The translations under genes were made by a program, and so were the position numbers. 64,000 nucleotides of DNA from an uncultured Chloroflexia bacterium (GTDB lineage Bacteria > Chloroflexota > Limnocylindria > Limnocylindrales > CSP1-4): the NCBI GenBank assembly GCA_963763775.1, contig CAVXPZ010000001.1, positions 1,440,001 through 1,504,000 on the forward strand. The letters are read 5' to 3'. The first letter of the stretch is position 1. Each line of letters begins with the position of its first letter. The notes beneath the pieces were generated by a model, which did not search any database, was not told the origin of the DNA, and was given only the letters and a program-made list of their open reading frames with translations. Positions 9,369 to 18,305 of this stretch are shown here, piece by piece.

Positions 9369-10043
9369 ATGATCGGTTCCAGACTCACCAGGACCCTCGC
9401 GGGCGTCGCGTTGACCGCCGTCGTCGTGGTCGGCTGCAGCAACAGCGCCGCGAGCTCGGCGCCGTCCGCGGCCGTGGCATCGGCCGCCCCGTCGGCTGCC
9501 GCCGAGTCCATGACCCCGTCCATGGCCCCCTCCATGGCCCCGGAGACCAGCCCGGCGATGACCGATGCCGCCTTCGGGCCCGCGTGCGCGTCGGTCCCGA
9601 CTGACGGCGCGGGAAGCCTGTCGGGGATGGCCAAGGACCCGGTCGCGACGGCCGCGTCGAACAACCCGGCGCTCAAGACGCTCGTCACCGCGGTCACGGC
9701 CGCCGGCCTCGGCGACACGCTGAACACCACCGACGACATCACCGTCTTCGCCCCGGCCGACGGCGCCTTCGCGGCGATGGACCAGGCGACCTTGAAGGCG
9801 GCCCTGGCCGACCCGAAGGGCCTGCTCACGGCCGTCCTGACCTATCACGTCGTTCCCGGCCGGCTCTCGCCCGAGCAGCTCGCCGGCACCCACAAGACCC
9901 TCCAGGGCGGTGATCTGACGGTCACGGGCAGCGGCGAGGACTTCACGGTCAACGGGACCGCCAAGGTCGTCTGCGGCAACGTCCAGACGGCGAACGCCAC
10001 CGTCTACATCATCGACGGCGTCCTCCTCCCGCCGGCGAGCTGA
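9369..10043 (+). CDS. Fasciclin-domain lipoprotein (MPT70/MPT83-like)
   Basis: Lipobox VVGC; FGPACA...DPVATAASNNPALKTLVTAV...TVFAP...LTYHVV...VVCGNVQTANATVYIIDGVL. Confidence 0.93.
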   Translation: MIGSRLTRTLAGVALTAVVVVGCSNSAASSAPSAAVASAAPSAAAESMTPSMAPSMAPETSPAMTDAAFGPACASVPTDGAGSLSGMAKDPVATAASNNPALKTLVTAVTAAGLGDTLNTTDDITVFAPADGAFAAMDQATLKAALADPKGLLTAVLTYHVVPGRLSPEQLAGTHKTLQGGDLTVTGSGEDFTVNGTAKVVCGNVQTANATVYIIDGVLLPPAS

Positions 10044-10049
10044 GCCTTC

Positions 10050-10076
10050 GGGCGGGCGGCCTCGGGTCGCTCGTCC
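10050..10076 (+). terminator. Stem-loop after the fasciclin gene
   Basis: GGGCGGGCGGCC-TCG-GGTCGCTCGTCC with G-U pairs. Confidence 0.5.
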
Positions 10077-10207
10077 ACCGTTCGGCCGGATGGCCGGGTC
10101 CGCGTCAGGTCCGCCTGATGTCGGATCCGGCCTTCCCGTCGTCTGGGGCTGCCTGCCGCCGCACGACGGCTGATGGATCTCCGCGGACCTCGTTCCTTGG
10201 CGACGAC

Positions 10208-11092
10208 TCAGATGTCGTTCGTGACCTCGACGATGCCGCCGGTGCCGGCATCTTGCGCGCCGCCGCGCCTCCAGAGCCAGCCGGCTTTCGGCGAGAACAG
10301 CAGGGCTAGCCCGAACAAGAACGTCTCGACGAGCACGATCGACGCGCCCGACGCGACGTCGAGGTAGTAGCTGAGATAGAGGCCGGTGACCGCCGCGACC
10401 AGCGAGACGGCGATCGCGACCCTCACGAGATCCCAGAACCGGTCCACCAGCAGCTGGCCGGTCGCGGCGGGCGTCACCAGCATGGCGACCACCATGATGA
10501 TGCCGACGGCCTGGATGCTGACGACGATCGTGATCCCGATCAGGATCAGGAGGAGCTCGTCGAGGCGGTCGACGCGCAGGCCAGAGGCCGCCGCTGCGCC
10601 CGGGTCGAATGACGCGTACAACAGCTCCTTGCGAAAGACGGCGACGACGAGCAGCACGATCCCGCCGAGGATGGCGACCTGGACGATGTCGGTGAGCGAG
10701 ATCCCGAGCACGTTGCCGAGGAGGTAGCTGAACAGGTCCGACACGTACCCGTGGATCGAGCTGAAGAGCACGATCCCGAGCGCGAACATGCCGGCGAACA
10801 GGACGCCGACCGCCGTGTCGAAGCGCAGGCCGCCACGCCTGGCGACGACGGCGATCCCGAGAGCGGTCGCCACCGCGGCGACGGAGGCGCCGATGTACAG
10901 CGGGATCCCGAGCATGTAGGCGATCACCAGACCGGGGAACGCCGCGTGGCTGACGGCGTCGCCGATGAACGCGAGGCCGCGCAGGACGACGAACGCCCCC
11001 ATGACCGCGCAGACGACCCCGACGAGGGCGGTGGCGACCAGGCCGCGCTGCATGAAGCCATAGGTCATCGGGTCGACGAGAAGGTCGATCAT
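10208..11092 (-). CDS. Zn/Mn ABC transporter permease
   Basis: FMQRGL...GAFVVLRGLAFIGDAVSHAAFPG...YLLGNVL...AVGIIMVVAMLVTPAA. Confidence 0.94.
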   Translation of the reverse strand: MIDLLVDPMTYGFMQRGLVATALVGVVCAVMGAFVVLRGLAFIGDAVSHAAFPGLVIAYMLGIPLYIGASVAAVATALGIAVVARRGGLRFDTAVGVLFAGMFALGIVLFSSIHGYVSDLFSYLLGNVLGISLTDIVQVAILGGIVLLVVAVFRKELLYASFDPGAAAASGLRVDRLDELLLILIGITIVVSIQAVGIIMVVAMLVTPAATGQLLVDRFWDLVRVAIAVSLVAAVTGLYLSYYLDVASGASIVLVETFLFGLALLFSPKAGWLWRRGGAQDAGTGGIVEVTNDI

Positions 11093-11904
11093 CGACCCGC
11101 CCCGCCGTCGTGGTAGTGGCGTTGCCCGGGCGGCGCTTCGTCGTGGTGGTGCGCGTCGTCGATCACCGTCCCGTCGCCGGTCGGCAGCACGATCACGTGC
11201 CCGCCGTACGTGGCCGAGAGGAGGTCGCGGTCCATCACGATGGCCGCCGGTCCCGTGGCGATGACGCGGCCGTTCACGAAGGCGGCCTGATGGAACCGCT
11301 GCGCCGCGCATGCCAGGTCGTGCGTCGTCGCGATGACGGTCCGGCCTGACCGCGCCTCCTGCTCGAGGACGTCCATCAGCTCCTCCTGGGTGGTGGCATC
11401 GACCCCGGTCACGGGCTCGTCGAGGAGGTAGAGGTCGGGCGCAGCCGCCAGGGCGCGGGCAAGGAACACCCGCCGTCGTTGCCCGCCGGAGAGCGCGCCG
11501 ACCTGCCGGTCGATCGCGTGGCGCATGCCGACGGTCGCGAGGGCCCCGTCGACAGCGGCCTTGTCGGCCGACGACGGCGACCGCAACGGGCCGATGAGCG
11601 GCACTCGGCCCATCATCACGACCTCGCCCACCGTCACGGGGAACGACCAGTCCACGTTTTCGGCCTGGGGGACGTAGGCCACACGCTTCGCCTGTCGGCC
11701 CGGCGGCGCCCCGAGGACCTCGACCGACCCGCTGAAGGGCCGGAGGAGCCCGGCGACGACCTTGAGGAGCGTGCTCTTGCCCGCGCCGTTCGGCCCGATG
11801 ACCGCGAGGAGGGAGCCGGCGGGCACGTTGAGGGTCAGGTCCGCCAGCGCGACGCGCGTGCCGTAGCCCGCCGAGACGTCCTGCAGGCGGACCGCGGCCG
11901 TCAT
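11089..11904 (-). CDS. Zn/Mn ABC transporter ATP-binding protein
   Basis: GPNGAGKS, AYVPQ, LSGGQRRR, LLDEP, THDL; His-rich tail. Confidence 0.96.
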   Translation of the reverse strand: MTAAVRLQDVSAGYGTRVALADLTLNVPAGSLLAVIGPNGAGKSTLLKVVAGLLRPFSGSVEVLGAPPGRQAKRVAYVPQAENVDWSFPVTVGEVVMMGRVPLIGPLRSPSSADKAAVDGALATVGMRHAIDRQVGALSGGQRRRVFLARALAAAPDLYLLDEPVTGVDATTQEELMDVLEQEARSGRTVIATTHDLACAAQRFHQAAFVNGRVIATGPAAIVMDRDLLSATYGGHVIVLPTGDGTVIDDAHHHDEAPPGQRHYHDGGAGR

Positions 11905-12153
11905 CGCAATGCCTGGACGATCTCCTGGACGTTCCAGGTCATCATCGAGAGGTAGCTGTCGTACGGCGCCGGTCCGACGGTGTCGTTGAACAGCGTGGTC
12001 ACGACGTTGGAGATCCCGGCCTCGTCGGCGAGGGTCTGGGCGAGCTTGGGGCTGAACTGCGACTCCGAGAACACGGCCTTGACGCCGGCGGCCTTGACCG
12101 TCTGCACGAGGTTCGCGAGCTCTGACGCCGTCGGCTCCTGTCCGACGTTGGCA
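11901..12153 (-). pseudogene. C-terminal fragment of a ZnuA/MntC-type metal-binding protein (N-terminus missing)
   Basis: PANVGQEPTASELANLVQTVKAAGVKAVFSESQFSPKLAQTLADEAG...DSYLSMMTWNVQEIVQALR. Upstream sequence is unrelated. Confidence 0.8.
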
Positions 12154-12770
12154 GGGTCAGCGTCTCGAGCAGCGATCGAAGGACCGCCTCGTCGGCGGCG
12201 TCGTCGTGCGCCGTCGACTCCATCGAGAGCGTGAGGCCCTCGCCGCCGTCGATGATCTCCACGTTCAGGTAGTGGATGACGTACGGGTCGATGTGGAGGT
12301 GGTAGCGCGTGAGCCGCGCGGTCTTGCCCGCGACCATCAGCAGGTCCGTGGACTCGACGGTCGTCTGATGGTCGGTCGCCAGATGCTGGCCGATCGCGCA
12401 CGACCACGTGTCGAGGGTCGCCCCGGGCGCCAGACGTCTCGCTCACGACGCTGAGGATCCGCCCGTCCTTGCCCTGGAACGTGTCGACACCGGGCTCGTT
12501 CGGGTGGAGGCCGCCGGCGCCCGGGCACCTCGGTGACGGTCCAGCCCGCGGGAACGGTCAGGCCGTAGCCGTAGCGGTCGGAGCGGAACGGCGTGCCGGC
12601 CACGGCGGTCGCGGCGTCGGTCGCCGTCCGCAGCGATCGGTCGGCCCTGCGGTGGGCGCGGGGCTCGGAACGACGGCTGCGGGGCCTGGGGCCGCCGGCG
12701 CCGCCACCGGCCTGACATGCCGCGACGAGCGAGAGGGTCATGGCCAGCGCGACGAGACCGCGACGCAGAC
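12150..12770 (-). CDS. Hypothetical lipoprotein (frameshifted; 3' end fused to the ZnuA fragment)
   Basis: LSLVAAC lipobox, YGYGLTVPAGW, ...GKTARLTRYHLH...LRSLLETLTLP spread over several frames. Confidence 0.55.
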
Positions 12771-12773
12771 CCG

Positions 12774-13556
12774 TCAGCGGACGGTGCGCTCCGTGGCGCG
12801 CGCGTCGGCGATCGGCGCCCGGAGGAGGGCCACGATCTCGTCGGGGTCGTCGGCGATCTGGATCAGGGCCAGGTCCGCGGGCGAGACGGCGCCGGCCGCC
12901 AGCGCCGTGTCGCGGATCCAGTCGAGGAGCCCGGCCCAGTACGCTCGCCCGACGAGGACCACCGGGAAGTGCCGGACCTTGCCCGTCTGGATCAGCGTCA
13001 GCGACTCGAACAGCTCGTCGAGCGTCCCGAAACCGCCGGGCAGGATCACGAACCCGTCCGCGTACTTCACGAACATCGTCTTGCGCGCGAAGAAGTAGCG
13101 GAACTCGACCCCGAGGTCGACGTACGGATTGAGGGACTGCTCGTGCGGCAGCTCGATGTTGCAGCCGACCGACAGCCCGCCGCCCTCCTGGCAGCCGCGG
13201 TTCGCCGCCTCCATCGTCCCCGGCCCGCCGCCGGTGATCACGGCGTACCCGGCCTCGGCGAGCTTGCGGCCGATCGTCCGCGCCAGCTCGTACCCCGGGT
13301 CCTCGCGCTTGGTCCGGGCGGACCCGAAGACCGTGATCGCCGGGCCGACCTCGGCCATCGCGTCGAAGCCGTCCACGAACTCCGAGAGGATGCGCAGCAC
13401 GCGCCACGGATCGGTGTCGAGGAAGGTGGGCGCAGGGTGCCGTTCGAGGAACCGCTGGTCCTCGGTCGCGCCGCCGTCGCGTCCGAGCCGCTCGGCGGCC
13501 TCGGGCGTGACGCGCATGCGTCCGGCGCGGCGCGTCCCGGGGCGTGTCGGTTCCAT
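12774..13556 (-). CDS. LOG-family (TIGR00730-type) nucleotide phosphoribohydrolase
   Basis: ITVFGSAR, ITGGGPGTMEAANRG, YFFARKTMFVKY, PGGFGTLDELFE. Confidence 0.95.
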   Translation of the reverse strand: MEPTRPGTRRAGRMRVTPEAAERLGRDGGATEDQRFLERHPAPTFLDTDPWRVLRILSEFVDGFDAMAEVGPAITVFGSARTKREDPGYELARTIGRKLAEAGYAVITGGGPGTMEAANRGCQEGGGLSVGCNIELPHEQSLNPYVDLGVEFRYFFARKTMFVKYADGFVILPGGFGTLDELFESLTLIQTGKVRHFPVVLVGRAYWAGLLDWIRDTALAAGAVSPADLALIQIADDPDEIVALLRAPIADARATERTVR

Positions 13557-13586
13557 CGGGGCTAGGATGCCACCGCGGAGGTAGCT

Positions 13587-13778
13587 GTGCGGAATCGCTT
13601 GATCATCGCGGGTGTGCTCATCGTCATCGGGCTCGTGTGGATGGGACAGGGCTCGGGCGTGATCCCGGGCTCGGGCTTCATGACCAACGACATGCGCTGG
13701 GCGATCATCGGGCTCGTGGTCTTCCTCGTCGGCGCCGGGATCGGGGCGTCCGCCGTCATCCGCCGCTCGAGGGTTTGA
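13587..13778 (+). CDS. Small two-TM membrane protein
   Basis: GLVWMGQGSGVIPGSGFMTNDMRWAIIG; SD GGAGG upstream. Confidence 0.7.
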   Translation: MRNRLIIAGVLIVIGLVWMGQGSGVIPGSGFMTNDMRWAIIGLVVFLVGAGIGASAVIRRSRV

Positions 13779-14118
13779 GCCAGGCGGTCCACACCGCCTC
13801 CGCGACACCGACGGTCACCGCGTTGCCGTGGCGGACGAGGGGCAGGCGGAGGAGCCGGGCGTCGGCGAGCACCCGCTGCGTGACGCCCTGGTCGTCCAGG
13901 CTCAGGTAGCCCAGACCAGCATCCGAGTACGCCTTCGACGTGTCGTCGAGGACGGCTCGGGCACCCAGACGCTCGGTGAACCGGCGGAGCTCGCCCGGCG
14001 CGATCGGGCGCTTCCGCAGGTCGACGTAGTGGACGACGATCCGGCGCTCCCGGAAGAAGCGGAGCGCGGCCCTCGTCGCGGACGAGTCGTCGCGCCCGAA
14101 GACCTGGATGTCGGGCAT
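13756..14118 (-). CDS. ArsC/Spx-family thioredoxin-fold protein (cysteine-less)
   Basis: IQVFG...TRAALRFF...VDLRKRPIAPGEL...LLRLPLVR. Confidence 0.8.
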   Translation of the reverse strand: MPDIQVFGRDDSSATRAALRFFRERRIVVHYVDLRKRPIAPGELRRFTERLGARAVLDDTSKAYSDAGLGYLSLDDQGVTQRVLADARLLRLPLVRHGNAVTVGVAEAVWTAWLKPSSGG

Positions 14119-14282
14119 CTTCTTCGTCGGGACCTTGCCGAGCGGCGCCGGCACGTCAGGACGCCTCCGCGGATCCGGCGCGGGTCCAGCGATCGTGGCG
14201 CAGCCGTCGTGGCAACGGTGTGGGCATCGGCGGAAGGGTAGCGCGACGACCGGGTACCATCGCGGGACATAGGAGGTGCCTC

Positions 14283-14570
14283 GTGACGGTCTGGTTCACG
14301 GTCCAGCTCGACGATCGGCCGGGTTCGCTCGCCCGCGTCGCGAACGCGCTCGCCGAGCGCGGCGTGAACATCACCGGGATCGTCGGCGTGGCCGAGGACA
14401 CCGACGGCGCGCTCATGCTCACCACCTCCGACGCGGCCGCGACGCGTGACGCGTTCGGCGGCCTGGGTCTGGCGTTCGAGGAGCACGACCCGACCGGCGG
14501 GATCGAGCCGAGCCAGCTGTCCGTCGACGACCTGCGCCCCGGGGCCGCCGGTCGCGGTTCGCTCGCCTAG
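14283..14570 (+). CDS. Stand-alone ACT-domain protein
   Basis: FTVQLDDRPGSLARVANALAERGVNI; SD AGGAGG at 14271. Confidence 0.88.
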   Translation: MTVWFTVQLDDRPGSLARVANALAERGVNITGIVGVAEDTDGALMLTTSDAAATRDAFGGLGLAFEEHDPTGGIEPSQLSVDDLRPGAAGRGSLA

Positions 14571-14579
14571 CCAGACCCT

Positions 14580-15258
14580 GTGCCCAGACGTCGCGCGGCC
14601 GAGACGGCCGCCATCCGCTTCGATGCCGTCGATCGTGCCGCGGCCATCACGACGATCATCGCGCGCCGCCGCGGAGCTCGGCGGCCGCGTCCGCAATCTC
14701 GCGACCGTCCGCCACATCGAGGGCGACCCGCCCCTCGTCGAGATCGAGCTCGAGGTGGAGGGCGTCTCCGAGGAGGCGCTCGCCGCCGCGCTGGACCGAC
14801 TCGAGGACGTGCACGCCGTCCACCTGACGCAGGCACTGGGCAGCGTCTTCGGGAAGCGGATCATCGTGGTCGGGGGCGGGGCGCAGGTGGCCCAGGTCGC
14901 GCTCGGCGCGGTGAGCGAGGCCGACCGCCACAACCTGCGCGGCGAGCGCATCTCGGTGGACACGATCCCGCTCGTCGGCGAGGCGCACATCGCGGCGGCC
15001 GTTCGGGCCGTGGCCGACCTGCCGCGAGCGAAGCTGCTGGTCCTCGCGGGCTCGATCATGGGCGGCGACATCAGCGTCGCGGCCGAGGAGCTGCGCGCGG
15101 TCGGGATCCCGATCATCGCGCTCAACATGGTCGGCTCGATCACCGAGCACGTGGACCTGGTGATCTCGGACCCGGTCCAGGCCGGGACGATGGCGGTGAT
15201 GGCGGTGGCCGACACGGCCACGTTCGACCTGGAGCGGCAGCGCGGCCGCCGGTACTGA
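14580..15258 (+). CDS. ACT + DUF5612 protein (AF1403/COG1707-like); frameshift near 14665
   Basis: FGKRIIVVGGGAQVAQVALGAVSEADRHNLRGERISVDTIPLVGE...LVLAGSIMGG...DPVQAGTMAVMA...RGRRY. Confidence 0.85.
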
Positions 15259-15291
15259 CCGCGGGCGCGGGCCGGGTCAGCGGCTCGCCCG

Positions 15292-16998
15292 TCAGCGACC
15301 GGCGGCGATCTCCTCGGGCAACCAGAACCAGCGCAGCGACTCGAAGTCCGTGCCGACGGTCATCGGCTCGGGCGCCGGCGGTGGGCCGAGCGCCGCGACC
15401 GGGTCGGCCATGATCCGCTCGGCCTCGGCGAGATAGCCCGCGAGGCTCGATTCCGGCTCACGGTGGCGGTGCGCCGGGTAGTGCAATCCGGACGCGTCGT
15501 ACGTGATGTCGTCGAGGGAGAGCGGCGGCTCCGGGGAGCCCGCGGCATGGCGCCACAGCCCGGTGGCAGGCTCGAAGCGGTACCACGGCACGAGCCGCCA
15601 GCCCTCGCGGGCGACGAGCGCGACGGCGCGCACGAGGAAGTCGAACACCGCCTCACTGATGAAGTAGTTGAAGTTCACCCGGATCCAGCCGGGTTTGATC
15701 CCCTCGCAGCCGCGCGAGATCTCGCGCTCGAAGGCGTGCGACGTCTCGATGTCGATGCCGAGCAGGCGATGACCGTACGGCCCGGCGCACGAGCAGCCGC
15801 CGCGCGACTGGATCCCGAACAGGTCGTTGAGCAGCGCGACGACGAAGTTGTGGTGCAGGTAGCGGCCGTCGTGGCGGATCGTGAAGGACACGATCGAGAG
15901 TCGTGGCAGCGCCGGGTTCCCGAGGAGGCCGATCGCCGACTCGTCGGCCCACGCGGCCATGGCCCGACCGATGAACGCTTCCTCGAGCTCGCGGATGGTC
16001 TCGCTGCCGACCCGCTCCTTGAGCTGGAACGCGAGCCCGGCACGGATCGATTCGACGATGGCCGGCGTCCCTCCCTCCTCGCGATGCTCCGGGTCGGCGA
16101 GGTACACGTGCTCGAGCGGGTTGACGTAGGCGACCGTGCCACCGCCCGGTGCCGCGGGCACGCGGTTGCGGAACAGCTCGCGCCGGGCCACGAGGACGCC
16201 GGGCGTGCCGGTCCCGCCGATGAACTTGTGCGGGCTCAGCACGATCGCGTCCTTGTAGTCGAGCTCGGCGTCCGGCCCCGGGCGGTGCGGGGCCATCTCG
16301 ATGTCGACGTACGGCCCGGCGGCGGCGAAGTCCCAGAACGACAGGGCGCCGTGCCGATGGAGCAGGACCGAGATGGCGCGCGTATCCGAGAGGATCCCGG
16401 TCACGTTCGATGCGGCCGAGAACGACCCGATCCGGAGCCGGCGGTCGGAGGTCTCCTCGAGCGCCCGCTCGAGTCGGGCGAGGTCGATCCGCCCGTCGGC
16501 GTCCTCGCCGATCGTGACCACGTCCGCGATCGACTCGCGCCACGGCAGCTCGTTGCTGTGATGCTCGTACGGCCCGATGAAGACGAGCGGGCGCTCGTCG
16601 AGCGGGATGTGCGAGCGGAGCGCGTACCGGTCGTCGAGGTCGTTGGGGATCCGCAGGTTGAGGACGTCGACCAACTTGTTGATCGCCGCCGTCATCCCGG
16701 AGCCGCAGAAGATGACGGCGTGATCGGCGGTGCCGCCGACCGCATCGCGGATGATCCGCCTGGCCTCCTCGCGGAAGCGGCTCGTCTGGAGCCCGGTCCC
16801 GGACGATTCGGTGTGCGTGTTCGCATAGAGCGGCAGGACGGCGTCGCGCAGGTAGTCCTCGATGAACGACAGGGCGCGGCCCGACGCGGTGTAATCGGCG
16901 TACGTGACCCGCCGGATGCCGAACGGGCCAGCCACGGCCTCGTCGTCACCGATCACCGAGTCGCGGATGAGCTCGACCAGGGCGTCGGGGTCGGTCAT
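15292..16998 (-). CDS. Class-V PLP aminotransferase / cysteine desulfurase-like protein
   Basis: YADYTASGR, YANTHTE, GPYEHHSNELPW, SAASNVTG, SPHKF, RGGCSCAGPYG. Confidence 0.92.
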   Translation of the reverse strand: MTDPDALVELIRDSVIGDDEAVAGPFGIRRVTYADYTASGRALSFIEDYLRDAVLPLYANTHTESSGTGLQTSRFREEARRIIRDAVGGTADHAVIFCGSGMTAAINKLVDVLNLRIPNDLDDRYALRSHIPLDERPLVFIGPYEHHSNELPWRESIADVVTIGEDADGRIDLARLERALEETSDRRLRIGSFSAASNVTGILSDTRAISVLLHRHGALSFWDFAAAGPYVDIEMAPHRPGPDAELDYKDAIVLSPHKFIGGTGTPGVLVARRELFRNRVPAAPGGGTVAYVNPLEHVYLADPEHREEGGTPAIVESIRAGLAFQLKERVGSETIRELEEAFIGRAMAAWADESAIGLLGNPALPRLSIVSFTIRHDGRYLHHNFVVALLNDLFGIQSRGGCSCAGPYGHRLLGIDIETSHAFEREISRGCEGIKPGWIRVNFNYFISEAVFDFLVRAVALVAREGWRLVPWYRFEPATGLWRHAAGSPEPPLSLDDITYDASGLHYPAHRHREPESSLAGYLAEAERIMADPVAALGPPPAPEPMTVGTDFESLRWFWLPEEIAAGR

Positions 16999-17057
16999 CG
17001 CCGCATCGTAGCCCCTTGCGCGGTCCGCCACCCCATCGACCGGGTACCCTCATGGCC

Positions 17058-17972
17058 ATGCGCATCGCGACCTGGAACGTCAACTCCCTCAAGGCCCGGC
17101 AGGAGGCGGTCGAACGCTGGCTGGAGCGGGCCGCCCCGGACATCCTGCTCATGCAGGAGACCAAACTCACCGACGACGACGCCCCGGTCATGGCGTTCGC
17201 GATGGCCGGCTATCAGCTCGTCCACCACGGGGAGGGCCGCTGGAACGGGGTCGCGATCGCCGTCCGGGACGGCCTCCCGGTCTCGGACGTGGTCACGAAC
17301 TTCGGCGACGGTCCGGTCCGCGACTCGGGGCCGGGCTCGTCGGCGGCCGACGGCGGCGAGGACGACTTCGACCCGTTCGACGAGGCGCGGATGCTGGCGG
17401 CGACCGTCGGCGGCATCCGGGTCGTGAGCCTGTACGCGCCGAACGGACGGGTCGTCGATTCGCCCTTCTACACCGGCAAGCTCGCCTGGTTCGCCCGTCT
17501 CGCGCGGTGGATCGGGGACGATCTGGCTGCGGGCGCCGGCGGCGCCGGTGGATCCATGGTGCTCGGCGGGGACCTCAACGTCGCGCCCACCGATGTGGAC
17601 GTGTGGGATCCGAAGGCCGCGCACGGGGGCACGCACGTCTCCGAGCCGGAGCGGGCGGCCTTCCGGGCACTGCTCGCGGCCGGGCTGACCGACGCCTACC
17701 GGGCTCGGCACGAGGAGCCGCGACGGTTCACGTGGTGGGACTACCGCGCCGGCATGTTCCACAAGAACTTCGGGATGCGGATCGACCACCTGCTCGTCAC
17801 GCCGGCGATCGAGGCAAGGGTCGTCGACGCGGAGATCGACCGCCAGGCACGGAAGGGGCCGCCCGTCCCCTCCGACCACGCGCCACTCTCGATCGACCTC
17901 GACGAGCCGGGCCGACCGTTCGATCCCGACTGGGACGGGGCGCTCGCACGGATCGCGTCGCGCAGCCGCTGA
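17058..17972 (+). CDS. xth: Exodeoxyribonuclease III (AP endonuclease)
   Basis: MRIATWNVNS, QETK, YAPNG, GDLNVAP, FTWWDYR, RIDH, SDHAP. Confidence 0.95.
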   Translation: MRIATWNVNSLKARQEAVERWLERAAPDILLMQETKLTDDDAPVMAFAMAGYQLVHHGEGRWNGVAIAVRDGLPVSDVVTNFGDGPVRDSGPGSSAADGGEDDFDPFDEARMLAATVGGIRVVSLYAPNGRVVDSPFYTGKLAWFARLARWIGDDLAAGAGGAGGSMVLGGDLNVAPTDVDVWDPKAAHGGTHVSEPERAAFRALLAAGLTDAYRARHEEPRRFTWWDYRAGMFHKNFGMRIDHLLVTPAIEARVVDAEIDRQARKGPPVPSDHAPLSIDLDEPGRPFDPDWDGALARIASRSR

Positions 17973-18305
17973 ACGGTCGTCGGCCGGGCTTGGTCTCGTC
18001 ACGCGGTGCGAACCTCGCGGCACGGCATCCCATGTCGCGGTCGGGCATGATCATCTGCCGGTAGTCACCAGTCGACCCGGTGTGCGGCGACCGGACGCGG
18101 ATACGCTTCGCGGATCAGTCACTCGGGTGACGTCGCGGACCGCGCGAACGGCCGATCAGGCGTTCTGCCGACCTCGGATGCCGTCCTCGACGCTCCCCAG
18201 GGCTCGACGGCCGGAAGCCGAGGCAGGATGCGGAGCAGGACGGCGGGTGCTCGGGACGGCGGGCCGGATGTCGGCGAGGCGGCGAGAGTGCGCGCGCGCC
18301 CGGCG

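Noticed and set aside
10100-10200. GTCAGGTCCG resembling the SRP RNA core
   Set aside because: The GAAGGAAGCAGC half is missing; only generic GC hairpins are present.
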